Under the pieces are notes generated by a model. It ran no database searches. It saw only the letters and a list, made by a program, of their open reading frames with translations, and had not been told where the DNA came from. A stretch of 64,000 bases of DNA from contig RFIA01000194.1 in NCBI GenBank assembly GCA_003695675.1, positions 11,964-75,963 of the forward strand. The letters are read 5' to 3'. Below, piece by piece: positions 9,716 to 19,320 of the stretch (position 1 is the first letter of the stretch; each line of letters begins with the position of its first letter). The position numbers and the translations under genes are program-made. This DNA comes from Chloroflexota bacterium (lineage in GTDB: Bacteria > Chloroflexota > Anaerolineae > Aggregatilineales > Phototrophicaceae).

Positions 9716-10654
9716 ATGATGATTGTCAGCGTCACAGCCAATACGACAATGGATCAAACCGTCTTCGTGCCAAGTTTTGGCCCGAATCGCACGATACGGG
9801 CGACAGGCACAACACAGAGTATGGGCGGCAAACCGACAGATGCGTCATGGATTCTCGGTGAACTCGGTGTGCCGAGCCTTGCGTTGGGATTTGCGGCAGG
9901 CGCAATCGGCGACCGTGTTGAGGACATGTTGCAAACACGCGGTGTGACGACCGATTTCATCCGTGTCGGCGGCGAGACACGCATCAACGTCGTCATTGTC
10001 GTCGAAGATGAAGATTGGCAAACCACAATCACCACATCCACATTGGATGTAGCGCCTGAACACGTCACTGCCCTACGCGAAAAATATATCGCAGCGCTAG
10101 ATGATGCAACGTGTGTTGTTCTCGGCGGCACATTGCCCGTCACCATGTCGCCATCGTTCTATACCGACTTCATCTCACTAGCACGCGAACGCGACATCCC
10201 AGTTGTTTTTGATGCCGACGAACCCAATTTGAGCGCCGGCTTAAAAGCAAGCCCAAACTTTGCAAAACCCAATCAAGACGAATTGAGCGCCCTCATCGGG
10301 CAACCTGTGACATCTGTTGCACAGGCATACGCCGCCGGTTATCAAATGCTCGAACGTTATGGCACAGCGCCGGTCATCACACTCGGCAGTGAAGGCGCAT
10401 TAGCTGTTTTACCAGATAAAGCCTATTTCATCCCACCGCTTGAAGTTAAAATTGCCAGCACATCCGGCGCAGGTGACGGTGTGCTAGCTGGGTTGACGTG
10501 GGCACTCGCAAACAACGAACCAATTGAAGAAGGTCTACGACTCGGCTTTGCGACAGCAACAGCCATCATCACCATGCCGGGGACAGCCGATTGCCGCAAA
10601 GAAGATGTAGAGATGTACCGGCCACAAATTGAATTGCGACCGTATACACCGTAA
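9716..10654 (+). CDS. PfkB-family kinase of the 1-phosphofructokinase/tagatose-6-phosphate kinase (FruK/LacC) subgroup
   Basis: 312 aa. The N-terminal VTANTTMDQT resembles the TLNPxxD motif, and GAGDGVLAG lies near the C-terminus. The start follows the aldolase stop with no gap (TAAATG). Confidence 0.8.
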   Translation: MMIVSVTANTTMDQTVFVPSFGPNRTIRATGTTQSMGGKPTDASWILGELGVPSLALGFAAGAIGDRVEDMLQTRGVTTDFIRVGGETRINVVIVVEDEDWQTTITTSTLDVAPEHVTALREKYIAALDDATCVVLGGTLPVTMSPSFYTDFISLARERDIPVVFDADEPNLSAGLKASPNFAKPNQDELSALIGQPVTSVAQAYAAGYQMLERYGTAPVITLGSEGALAVLPDKAYFIPPLEVKIASTSGAGDGVLAGLTWALANNEPIEEGLRLGFATATAIITMPGTADCRKEDVEMYRPQIELRPYTP

Positions 10655-10655
10655 G

Positions 10656-11429
10656 CTATTCTGGCGTTACATACGCTGCGGTAATGCCGCCATCGACAAC
10701 AAAATCAGCACCGGTCATATAGGATGAGTCGTCCGACGCGAGGAACAACGCGGCCTTCGCCATCTCTTTCGCTTCGCCGAAGCGTCCCATCGGAATATGG
10801 ACGAGGCGACGGTGCTTCTTCTCTTCTGTATTGAGGAAACTCATCAAAAGCTCAGTCCGTAACGGGCCGGGACACAGCGCATTGACGCGAATATTCTCAC
10901 GAGCATGAACAATCGCAAGTTCGCGGGTCATCGCGAGAACGCCGCCTTTGCTTGCAGTATAGGCAATTTGCGGTGTAGCCGCACCCATGAGGGCGACGAA
11001 TGACGCCGTGTTGATAATCGACCCGCCGCCTGCACGACGCAGCGCCGGAATGCCGTATTTGCAGCCGAAGAACACGCCCTTGAGATTGATATTCATCGTC
11101 AAATCCCAAACAGATTCTTCGGTCGATAACGCATCGCCATCTTCAGCGTGCATGATACCCGCATTGTTGAACATCACGTTGAGTTTGCCATACGCCTTTT
11201 CAGCGACGGCGACCATATTCTCACAATCACTCGCCTTTGAAACATCGGCATGAACATACGTCGCATCGCCATTGTTCGACACAATCATGTCAACGGTCTC
11301 GTTACCGCCCTCATCATTGATATCGACAACGACGACTCTCGCCCCTTCAGACGCGAACAAGACCGCCGTCTCGCGCCCGATACCACTACTGCCGCCGGTT
11401 ATCAACGCTACTTTGTTTTCAAGCCGCAT
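10656..11429 (-). CDS. SDR family oxidoreductase
   Basis: 257 aa with TGGSSGIGRETA, NNAG and YTASKGG (catalytic Tyr/Lys). Confidence 0.9.
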   Translation of the reverse strand: MRLENKVALITGGSSGIGRETAVLFASEGARVVVVDINDEGGNETVDMIVSNNGDATYVHADVSKASDCENMVAVAEKAYGKLNVMFNNAGIMHAEDGDALSTEESVWDLTMNINLKGVFFGCKYGIPALRRAGGGSIINTASFVALMGAATPQIAYTASKGGVLAMTRELAIVHARENIRVNALCPGPLRTELLMSFLNTEEKKHRRLVHIPMGRFGEAKEMAKAALFLASDDSSYMTGADFVVDGGITAAYVTPE

Positions 11430-11459
11430 AATTGTTTTTCCTCTAATGTGGTATATCCA

Positions 11460-12863
11460 TCAAATTTGCTCGAAGTAACGGCGACGTTCCCAATCTGTCA
11501 CCGCACGATTATATAATGCTTGCTCAGTGTTGAAGAAATGCAGATAATGCGCAACGACATCTTGCCCAAACGCATCGACTGCTATGCTGCTTGACACTAG
11601 GGCAGCAATCGATTGCGGCAGTGTCACCGGTATTTGTGGCAATCCTTCAGCCGCGTACACATCGCCCTTGAATATCGGCGACGGCTCGATTTGTTCACGA
11701 ATCCCTGCGAGACCTGCCGCGAGCAACGCCGCATACGCGAGATACGGGTTGACATCCGCACCGGGAATTCGCGTCTCGATGCGCAGCGATTTGCCATGCC
11801 CGACAACACGAAAGCCCGCCGTGCGATTGTCATAGCTCCACGCAATACCGGTCGGCGCAAATGTGCCCGGTTGATAGCGTTTATATGAATTCACAGTCGG
11901 CGCGAAAAACGGCATCAACTCCGGCACATAACGCAGCCATCCACCAAGAAACCACAAAAATTCCTGTGACACAGTTGGTAAGTGTGCATCCTCAGCGAGC
12001 GGCATATCGCCATCAAAGATATTGCGTTCCTGCGCCTCATCCCACAAGCTGATGTGAATATGGCAACTCGACCCAGCCAATTGCTCATCGACTTTCGCCA
12101 TGAATGTGACCGACAAATCGAGTTGGTCGGCGAGGTCTTTCATACATTGCTTGTAAATGGTGTGGCGGTCGGCCATCTCAAGTACGGGCGCGTAGCGGAT
12201 ATTCAATTCATGTTGCCCCGGCCCCCACTCCCCTTTGCTGAACTCAACCGGCACACCGCTTGCCGATAAGTGTTTGCGAGCGGCAGCGTTGAGCGGTTCC
12301 TCGCGCGTACCCTGCAAGATATGATAGTCTTCAATATAATGACCGAAGCGACGCAAATTCGTATAATTCTTTTCGTGACTACTGCGATAGTTATCTTCAA
12401 AAATATAATACTCAAGTTCAGAAGCCCCAACTGCCGCGTAGCCCATCTCTGCCGCAACACCAACTTGGCGCTTGAGCACCGAACGCGGCGCGACATCAAC
12501 AAGATTGCCCGTCTTCTCGTCGAAGCTATCGCACAACACAAGCGCCGATTTATCGAGCCACGTCGCCTGACGCAGCGTCGCTAAATCCGGCACTGCGTGA
12601 AAATCGCCATAACCGAGTTCCCAGCTTGCATATTTGTAACCAGGTATCGGTTCCATTTCCATATCAACGGTATAAAGATAATCGCAAGCGTGCATCCCAT
12701 GCTCGGCAGCCGATTCGAGAAAGAACTCACCGGTGATGCGTTTGCCCATCAAGCGACCATAAGCATCCGGAAAGGCAGTGACAACCGTCTCGATTTCGCC
12801 GTTTTCAATTTTCTGCTGCAATTCATCTAACGACAACATGCCGCGTACTGTTTGTTCCGTCAT
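11460..12863 (-). CDS. Glutamine synthetase family protein (gamma-glutamyl-amine ligase-like)
   Basis: 467 aa with GS catalytic-domain motifs SCHIHISLW, NSYKR and RIPGADVNPYL. The context with an aldehyde dehydrogenase and an SDR argues for a PuuA/GlnA4-like role. Confidence 0.85.
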   Translation of the reverse strand: MTEQTVRGMLSLDELQQKIENGEIETVVTAFPDAYGRLMGKRITGEFFLESAAEHGMHACDYLYTVDMEMEPIPGYKYASWELGYGDFHAVPDLATLRQATWLDKSALVLCDSFDEKTGNLVDVAPRSVLKRQVGVAAEMGYAAVGASELEYYIFEDNYRSSHEKNYTNLRRFGHYIEDYHILQGTREEPLNAAARKHLSASGVPVEFSKGEWGPGQHELNIRYAPVLEMADRHTIYKQCMKDLADQLDLSVTFMAKVDEQLAGSSCHIHISLWDEAQERNIFDGDMPLAEDAHLPTVSQEFLWFLGGWLRYVPELMPFFAPTVNSYKRYQPGTFAPTGIAWSYDNRTAGFRVVGHGKSLRIETRIPGADVNPYLAYAALLAAGLAGIREQIEPSPIFKGDVYAAEGLPQIPVTLPQSIAALVSSSIAVDAFGQDVVAHYLHFFNTEQALYNRAVTDWERRRYFEQI

Positions 12864-12880
12864 GTCAATTACCCTATTAA

Positions 12881-14269
12881 TTATAATGTTTTCGTGCGCA
12901 GATGAAATGATTTCGGTTGAGTCAATTGCTCGTATCCTAATTCAGAAAGCGAGACGCCGTTGCCCGAATTTTTCACGCCCGTCCACGCCAAAGCCGGGTC
13001 AAGATAATCACACCGATTCATAAAAACGGTACCGGTAGCGATTTGCTCGCCAATTTTGATGGCGGCATCAATATCTTGTGTCCACACCGAAGCCGTGAGG
13101 CCGTATTCGCTATCATTCATCAGACGCACAGCCTCCTCGTCATCATCGACAGGCATGATACCAATCACCGGACCGAAGGTTTCTTCAGTCATGATACGCA
13201 TCGAATGATCGACATTCACCAAAACTTGTGGCGCCACGTAGGGTGTACCCGCCTTCGCTTTCTCAAACAGGCTTTCGTCAATTAGAGGCTGTGCGCCGTC
13301 TTCAATTGCCTCGGCAACTTGATTGCGAATATTTTCGGCAGCGACATGCCGCACTACGGGGCCGAGCGTCGTTTCGGGGTCAAGCGGGTCGCCAAGTTTA
13401 TATTGCTTCGTCAATGCGACAAAACCTTCGACAAATTGATCGTAAATCGCTCGGTCAACATAAATCCGCTCAACAGCACAACATGATTGCCCGCTATTGA
13501 ACATCGCGCCATCGACGAGATTTTCAATCGCATGGCTGAGGTCAGCATCGGCGCGGACATAAGCCGGGTCTTTCCCACCAAGTTCTAAACCGACGCCGAC
13601 AAACCGATGACTCGCCGCTTCCCGCACTGCATGTCCACCTTCAACCGAGCCAGTGAAAGCCACGAAATTGACCCGTTCATCCATAATCATGCGCCCCACA
13701 TCTTCATGAGTCGCGTGCAAATATTGAAACACATCATCGGGCAAATCGGCAGCTTTGAACGCATCGGCCAGACGCTCGGCACACAACGGCGTCTGAAAAG
13801 CGTGCTTGAGAATGACGACATTGCCCGCCATCAGCGCGGGGATAACCGAATTGACCGCCGTCAGATAGGGATAATTCCACGGCGCAAGTACCAACACAAG
13901 ACCGAGTGGTTCGCGCCGAATAAAACGTGTGAAACCATCTTTCGGTTCAAGTTGAATATCAGCAAGTTTTTCCGCCGTGATGTCGATCATATAACGAGCG
14001 CGTTCTTCAAAGCCGCGTACCTCATTCTTGCCATAACGAATCGGTCTGCCCATTTGCCAAGCGAGTTCTTCTGCGATGATGTCGGCTTGGGCGACAAACG
14101 CATCAACTGCGGCTGCACAATAACGAGCACGTTTCTCAATTGGTGTGGCTTTCCACATCGCTTTTGCTTGCTCAGCCCGGTCAAGCGCCTCACGAATTTC
14201 TTCAATCGTCGCGAAGTCACGTTCAACATATACACGTCCGTCTACCGGCGAAATGGTTTTGAATTTCAT
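12881..14269 (-). CDS. Aldehyde dehydrogenase family protein
   Basis: ATG at 14269 with GAGGAG upstream; the ORF-track start at 14287 is a TTG. 462 aa with FTGSVEGG, ELGGKDP and FNSGQSCCAVER (catalytic Cys). Confidence 0.9.
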   Translation of the reverse strand: MKFKTISPVDGRVYVERDFATIEEIREALDRAEQAKAMWKATPIEKRARYCAAAVDAFVAQADIIAEELAWQMGRPIRYGKNEVRGFEERARYMIDITAEKLADIQLEPKDGFTRFIRREPLGLVLVLAPWNYPYLTAVNSVIPALMAGNVVILKHAFQTPLCAERLADAFKAADLPDDVFQYLHATHEDVGRMIMDERVNFVAFTGSVEGGHAVREAASHRFVGVGLELGGKDPAYVRADADLSHAIENLVDGAMFNSGQSCCAVERIYVDRAIYDQFVEGFVALTKQYKLGDPLDPETTLGPVVRHVAAENIRNQVAEAIEDGAQPLIDESLFEKAKAGTPYVAPQVLVNVDHSMRIMTEETFGPVIGIMPVDDDEEAVRLMNDSEYGLTASVWTQDIDAAIKIGEQIATGTVFMNRCDYLDPALAWTGVKNSGNGVSLSELGYEQLTQPKSFHLRTKTL

Positions 14270-14331
14270 CAAATAACAACTCCTCAACGAATACCGTCTA
14301 CAGGTCTCTCATTATAACGCACTTCAGGTAA

Positions 14332-14352
14332 TCGAAATAATCATTTATTCGA
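14332..14352. promoter_or_regulatory. Imperfect 21-bp palindrome in the ALDH/HAD divergent region
   Basis: TCGAAATAATCATTTATTCGA; 8 of 10 arm positions pair. Confidence 0.25.
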
Positions 14353-14410
14353 CATGAATCAACTTCCGTGTTATCCTGCCATTTCATATTCAAATGGAGG
14401 GGAGACAAAC

Positions 14411-15079
14411 ATGGCAATCGAAGCAGTCATTTTTGATATGGATGGCGTACTCGTCGACTCCGAAGTTTATTGGAAGCAATCGCGGATTGAATTCGCGCAA
14501 ACGCTCGGCAAAGTGTGGACAGACGAAGACCAACGCCTCGCGATGGGACGAAACACCGTCGAATGGGCACAGGTGATGCAAGAGCGTCTCGCAATTGATA
14601 TGTCAATCGAAGACATCATCGCAGACATGAAACGGCGAGTCATCGCCCATTATGAAGAACGCTTGCCGACCCTTCCCGGCGCATTGGAAGCCGTTCAACT
14701 CGCATCAAAACATTATCGCATCGCCCTCGCGTCCGGCTCGCCTACCGAAATTATTCAGCGCGTCATGCAATTGACCGAACTCGACAAGGTATTCGAAATC
14801 ATGGTGTATGGTGACGACATACCAAATGGCAAACCCGCCCCGGACATTTATATCGAAACACTCAGCCGCTTAAACGTGAAAGCCGAAAACGCCGTGGGCA
14901 TTGAAGACTCGGCGAATGGGATCCGAGCGCTCAAAGCGGCGGGCATGTACGCCATCGCCGCCCCGTCGCCGGGTTTCACGCTGCCGGATGATATTTTGCA
15001 AATGGCCGATTACTTTCTCGATTCGTTGGAGAGATTTTCGTTGAACGTCATCCAAGAAATCGAGCAGCAATCAAATTAG
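14411..15079 (+). CDS. HAD family hydrolase (beta-phosphoglucomutase-like sugar phosphatase subgroup)
   Basis: ATG at 14411 preceded by GGAGGGGAG; 222 aa with DMDGVLVDSE (motif I) and GIEDSANG (motif IV). Confidence 0.85.
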   Translation: MAIEAVIFDMDGVLVDSEVYWKQSRIEFAQTLGKVWTDEDQRLAMGRNTVEWAQVMQERLAIDMSIEDIIADMKRRVIAHYEERLPTLPGALEAVQLASKHYRIALASGSPTEIIQRVMQLTELDKVFEIMVYGDDIPNGKPAPDIYIETLSRLNVKAENAVGIEDSANGIRALKAAGMYAIAAPSPGFTLPDDILQMADYFLDSLERFSLNVIQEIEQQSN

Positions 15080-16029
15080 CGCCGACTCAAGCCATGCCAA
15101 ACAAGACACGCCGGGCCAATTGCACTTGATGTTATTTGTGACTCAGCAAATTGCACGCCTTCATAAACCGACGGCAAAGCACGACTAGGGAGTTCACTTT
15201 CCAGCAATGGCAATAACATATCGGCTATAGCATGACCCAAGCCACCCCCAATGACAAACATCGCCGGATTTAATGTCACCGCACAAATGGCGACAATCTG
15301 ATGCAGATGCTCAACCGCTTCATCCCATACACATAAAGCAAGCGCATCACCCGCCTGTATCGCGTTGAATACATCACTGCCGGTTATCGCGTCTGTATTC
15401 GCCAACACACTGTCCGGATAATCCGACAAATAGGCTTGTGCCCCCGCGACAAAACCCACACCGGACGCATACATTTCGAGACATCCCCGTTGACCACACG
15501 TACACAAACGACCGGTAGGGTCTAATGCCAAATGACCGATGTCCAGCGCATAAAAATTTGCACCGTCTAGCATCTCGCCATGCACAATCGCCCCGGCACC
15601 AAAACCTGTCCCGATAGCGAAATAGACAAAATCCGAACAACCTTGTGCCACACCATAATACATTTCGCCAAGCGCAACCGCATTGCCATCATTCTGCATG
15701 AAGATTGGCAATTCATCAGCAAGTTGTGCCGAAACCGCTTTGCGCAATTCAACCGCTTCCCAACCGAGATTAACAGCATTGCGGACGATACCACGCACCG
15801 GGTCAACATGACCAGGTGAACCGATACCCACACCGACGATGGGATGCTCAGCACGATCACGTAATGTCGCAATACCCGCAACAATCCGTTCAATAACCGC
15901 GCCCTCGCCTTGCAATGGGTCGGTTGGCAAGCGATGTTCAGCGAGTATATGACCGGCACGGTCAATCAGAACAAATGCCAACTTCGTCCCGCCAATGTCA
16001 ACTCCAATCGCAAGTTGCTCATCAGTCAT
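15076..16029 (-). CDS. ROK family sugar kinase (GlcNAc/glucose kinase candidate)
   Basis: 317 aa with DIGGTKLA and the CTCGQRGCLE zinc motif. It begins directly with the kinase fold, with no HTH extension. Confidence 0.85.
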   Translation of the reverse strand: MTDEQLAIGVDIGGTKLAFVLIDRAGHILAEHRLPTDPLQGEGAVIERIVAGIATLRDRAEHPIVGVGIGSPGHVDPVRGIVRNAVNLGWEAVELRKAVSAQLADELPIFMQNDGNAVALGEMYYGVAQGCSDFVYFAIGTGFGAGAIVHGEMLDGANFYALDIGHLALDPTGRLCTCGQRGCLEMYASGVGFVAGAQAYLSDYPDSVLANTDAITGSDVFNAIQAGDALALCVWDEAVEHLHQIVAICAVTLNPAMFVIGGGLGHAIADMLLPLLESELPSRALPSVYEGVQFAESQITSSAIGPACLVWHGLSRR

Positions 16030-16033
16030 AAGA

Positions 16034-17071
16034 TTACTTCGTAACCGTCACTTTATTCAAACCACGCGGTTGGTCTACTTCATGACCACGCACAAGCGCT
16101 AGATTCATCGCAAATAATTGTCCCGGGATGACAGCAACAAGCGACGACAACCATTCCGGAATATCTTCCGGTATCATCATCGGTGTCTGCGCCATATTTA
16201 GCGCCGTCACATCATTCGAGATGACTATTGGCTCCGCCTGTCGTTCACATAATTTTTCCAGTAGGTCAAGCATCAGTGGTAACGCCTTCCCTGCCGGTGT
16301 GACGACAATCACGGGAAATCCGGGATTGAGCAAAGCAATCGGCCCGTGCCTGAAATCGGCTTCGCTATATTCTTCGCCGGTGATGTAACACAATTCTTTG
16401 ATCTTCAGACTAATCTCAAAAGCCGTGCTGTAATTGTAACCACGCCCTAAGACGATAAATCGTTCCATATAGCGATACCGTTCAACACGATCTGCAATCG
16501 TTTCAGCATGTTCAAGCGTTTCTCCAATCCAGTGAGGCAAGTATCGCAAAGCCTGAAACATCTCCTCATCATCAACCAGCGCAGTACCCAACATCGCCAG
16601 CGCAGCGAGTTGAGCCGTATATGTTTTGGTCGCGGCGACGCTTATCTCTTCCCCAGCATGTATCGACAAATGAAATTCGGCTTCGCCTGCCATCGGCGAC
16701 TCATCATCGTTGGTAATCGCCAAAGTGAGCGCACCCTGCTTGCATGCATCGGCAATCACCTGACGCACATCCTCAGCCCGTCCAGATTGCGAAACACCAA
16801 TCACCAATGCACGTTTTAGATTCGGTGGTGCAGCATATAACGTATGCAATGAAGGAGTCGCCAATGCAACCGGCAAATGCGCTTTTGCACCGAGCAAATA
16901 TTGTGCATAGCGTGCCGCATTGTCTGACGTACCCCGCGCCGCTATAGAAACGAAAGCTGGATCAAATTTGCGAATTGCGGCTGCAATTTGCTGCACGGAT
17001 TTATATTCTTCGTCTAGCAATCGCGCAATGACATCCGGCTGTTCGGCGATTTCACGTTCAATATAGAGCAT
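16034..17071 (-). CDS. SIS-domain protein, GlmS-isomerase-like (NagB-II/AgaS-type GlcN-6-P deaminase candidate)
   Basis: 345 aa with two SIS repeats (GTSDNAA, GVSQSGRAEDV). The start overlaps the nagA stop (TAATG at 17069-17073). Confidence 0.8.
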   Translation of the reverse strand: MLYIEREIAEQPDVIARLLDEEYKSVQQIAAAIRKFDPAFVSIAARGTSDNAARYAQYLLGAKAHLPVALATPSLHTLYAAPPNLKRALVIGVSQSGRAEDVRQVIADACKQGALTLAITNDDESPMAGEAEFHLSIHAGEEISVAATKTYTAQLAALAMLGTALVDDEEMFQALRYLPHWIGETLEHAETIADRVERYRYMERFIVLGRGYNYSTAFEISLKIKELCYITGEEYSEADFRHGPIALLNPGFPVIVVTPAGKALPLMLDLLEKLCERQAEPIVISNDVTALNMAQTPMMIPEDIPEWLSSLVAVIPGQLFAMNLALVRGHEVDQPRGLNKVTVTK

Positions 17072-18246
17072 TAAACATCCTTTTGATAAACAATTCGTCC
17101 TTCAGCGACGGTCAAATACACATTGAGGTCAGCATCAACCAAAACGAAGTCGGCATCTTTGCCAATTTCGAGGCTGCCTTTACGGTTGTCAACACCGATT
17201 GCACGCGCCGCATTCAAACTGCTGGCCGGCCACACGGCTTCTAGCGATTGCCCCGTCGCCAGCATAAAATTGCGCAGCGCCCGTTCCATCGTCAATGTAC
17301 TCCCGGCAAGTGTACCATCAGCAAGATAAGCACTGCCCTCTCGAATTACCACGGTACGATCATTCAGTAGATATTGGCTACCCTCTGGCAACCCGGCACC
17401 GCGTACCGCGTCGGACACGAGTATGATACCATCCACACCTTTCAACGCAAACAAGATTTGCATCGCAGCAGGATGCACATGAATATTATCCGCAATCAAT
17501 TCGCACTTAAGTTTGGGCATCGTTAGTGCAGCGCCGAGTGTGCCCGGCTCACGATGATGTAGACCGCGCATTGCGTTATATGTATGTGTCGTTTGCCGGA
17601 CACCGAGTTCAACTGCCTGTATCATGTCGTTATATGTGGCGGCAGTATGTGCGGCAGATACAGTGATGCTCCGTCGAACACATTCTTCAATCAACCAACG
17701 ACTCTCCTCATATTCAGGCGCAAGGGCAAGCAATCGGATGACATCAAGGGCAAGCAATTGTTTTGCCTCTCGCATCTCGGCACGTCGAATATGTTCAAGC
17801 GATTGCGCACCGCATTTTTCCGGATTCAAATACGGCCCTTCGAGATGTGCGCCGAGTATCGTCGCGCCATTGGGAAGAGCACCACGCATCTCAGCGATAT
17901 TTGTCAAAGCCGCTAGAATATCTTCATGTGAAGCCGACCATGTTGTCGGTAAAAAACTTGTGACGCCGTGCTGCGCATAAAATTCGGCCATACATTGCAA
18001 CGCTTCGGGTGTCGCATCCAACGCTTCATAACCGAGTGCGCCATGTACATGCAAATCAATAAAACCCGGCAATAACGTTCGGCCACCAGCGTCGACAACT
18101 TCAGCATCTGCTATGTGTGGTGCATCACCGGGCGCGAGATCAACAATTTTCTCACGATGACATAATAACCAACCCGCTTCCCACACAACACTCGGCATGA
18201 CAACATGAGCATTCGTGAGTAATAATTGTCGTGGCAAAAGATTCAC
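17071..18246 (-). CDS. nagA: N-acetylglucosamine-6-phosphate deacetylase
   Basis: 391-aa amidohydrolase with HVHGALG, EGPYLN and HTYNAM motifs. Confidence 0.9.
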   Translation of the reverse strand: MNLLPRQLLLTNAHVVMPSVVWEAGWLLCHREKIVDLAPGDAPHIADAEVVDAGGRTLLPGFIDLHVHGALGYEALDATPEALQCMAEFYAQHGVTSFLPTTWSASHEDILAALTNIAEMRGALPNGATILGAHLEGPYLNPEKCGAQSLEHIRRAEMREAKQLLALDVIRLLALAPEYEESRWLIEECVRRSITVSAAHTAATYNDMIQAVELGVRQTTHTYNAMRGLHHREPGTLGAALTMPKLKCELIADNIHVHPAAMQILFALKGVDGIILVSDAVRGAGLPEGSQYLLNDRTVVIREGSAYLADGTLAGSTLTMERALRNFMLATGQSLEAVWPASSLNAARAIGVDNRKGSLEIGKDADFVLVDADLNVYLTVAEGRIVYQKDV

Positions 18247-18256
18247 CTATTATAAA

Positions 18257-18288
18257 GCAGCCTGCACATCACTCAGCATTCAGGCTGC
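18257..18288. promoter_or_regulatory. Inverted repeat in the nagA/MBL divergent region
   Basis: GCAGCCTG-N16-CAGGCTGC with perfect 8-bp arms. It begins 11 nt upstream of the nagA start codon. Confidence 0.3.
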
Positions 18289-18378
18289 ATCTAGCCGCAA
18301 GACCAAAAATTACGTATATTGTAACTTCGATAGACAAATCAGCAACCTATCAGCCTGTCAGCAACAAATACAATCTCT

Positions 18379-19221
18379 ATGACCACACAGCAGCGAACAC
18401 AAATTGTTTTTCTCGGCACCGGCACACCAAATGCAGACCCAGAGCGTTTCGGTTCGTGCGTTGCGATTGTCGTCGATGACAAACCTTATCTCGTGGACTT
18501 CGGGCCGGGGGTCGTCCGCCGGTCAGCCGCAGCACACCAACAGGGTGTGAAAGGCCTCGCTGTCGAAAATCTTAATCGCGCTTTCCTGACACATCTGCAC
18601 AGCGACCACACCACCGGGTATCCCGATTTAATCTTCACACCGTGGGTTTTAGGGCGCAACGTGCCGCTAGAAGTCTATGGCCCGTCGGGATTGTCGGCAA
18701 TGACAACACACATTCTCGCCGCTTATGAGCAAGACATCCATGAACGTTTGCATGGGCTTGAACCGGCGAATGAACGTGGTTATCAAGTCATCACACACGA
18801 AATCCAATCAGGCTTAGTCTTTGAAGATGACTATGTGACAGTCGAGGCTTTCCCGGTTAAGCACGGTTCGTGGCAAGCATTCGGGTATCGCTTCAGTACG
18901 CCCGACCGAATTATCGTACTTTCAGGAGACACTGCCCCGACACCCGACCTGCCGCATTATTACGCAGATTGCGATGTGCTGATTCATGAAGTCTATTCAG
19001 TAAAAGGGTTCGCCCACAAAACACCTGCATGGCAGCGCTATCACAGTAGTGTGCATACATCAACGCACGAGCTTGCACATCTTGCCAACGAAGTACAGCC
19101 CGAATTACTGTTGCTGTATCATCAACTCTTGTGGGGGGTGACAGAAGATGAGCTAGTCAATGAACTGCGTTCGATTTATAGCGGCGAGGTAATCTCAGCA
19201 AAAGACCTTGACATCTTCTGA
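18379..19221 (+). CDS. MBL-fold metallo-hydrolase
   Basis: 280 aa with the THLHSDH metal motif. The subfamily cannot be resolved by eye. Confidence 0.8.
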   Translation: MTTQQRTQIVFLGTGTPNADPERFGSCVAIVVDDKPYLVDFGPGVVRRSAAAHQQGVKGLAVENLNRAFLTHLHSDHTTGYPDLIFTPWVLGRNVPLEVYGPSGLSAMTTHILAAYEQDIHERLHGLEPANERGYQVITHEIQSGLVFEDDYVTVEAFPVKHGSWQAFGYRFSTPDRIIVLSGDTAPTPDLPHYYADCDVLIHEVYSVKGFAHKTPAWQRYHSSVHTSTHELAHLANEVQPELLLLYHQLLWGVTEDELVNELRSIYSGEVISAKDLDIF

Positions 19222-19320
19222 TTACTGCTTCTTTGCACTGCGAAATCTGCCCGTGCAACTCAATCGCATTTTATGCGTATAATAGCATGATAAACGAGAC
19301 ATACACAGGAAAGAGAAATC

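Noticed and set aside
15076-16029. ROK protein as the local NagC-like repressor
   Set aside because: At 317 aa it starts directly with the DIGGTK kinase motif. It lacks the ~80-aa N-terminal winged-helix domain of ROK repressors.
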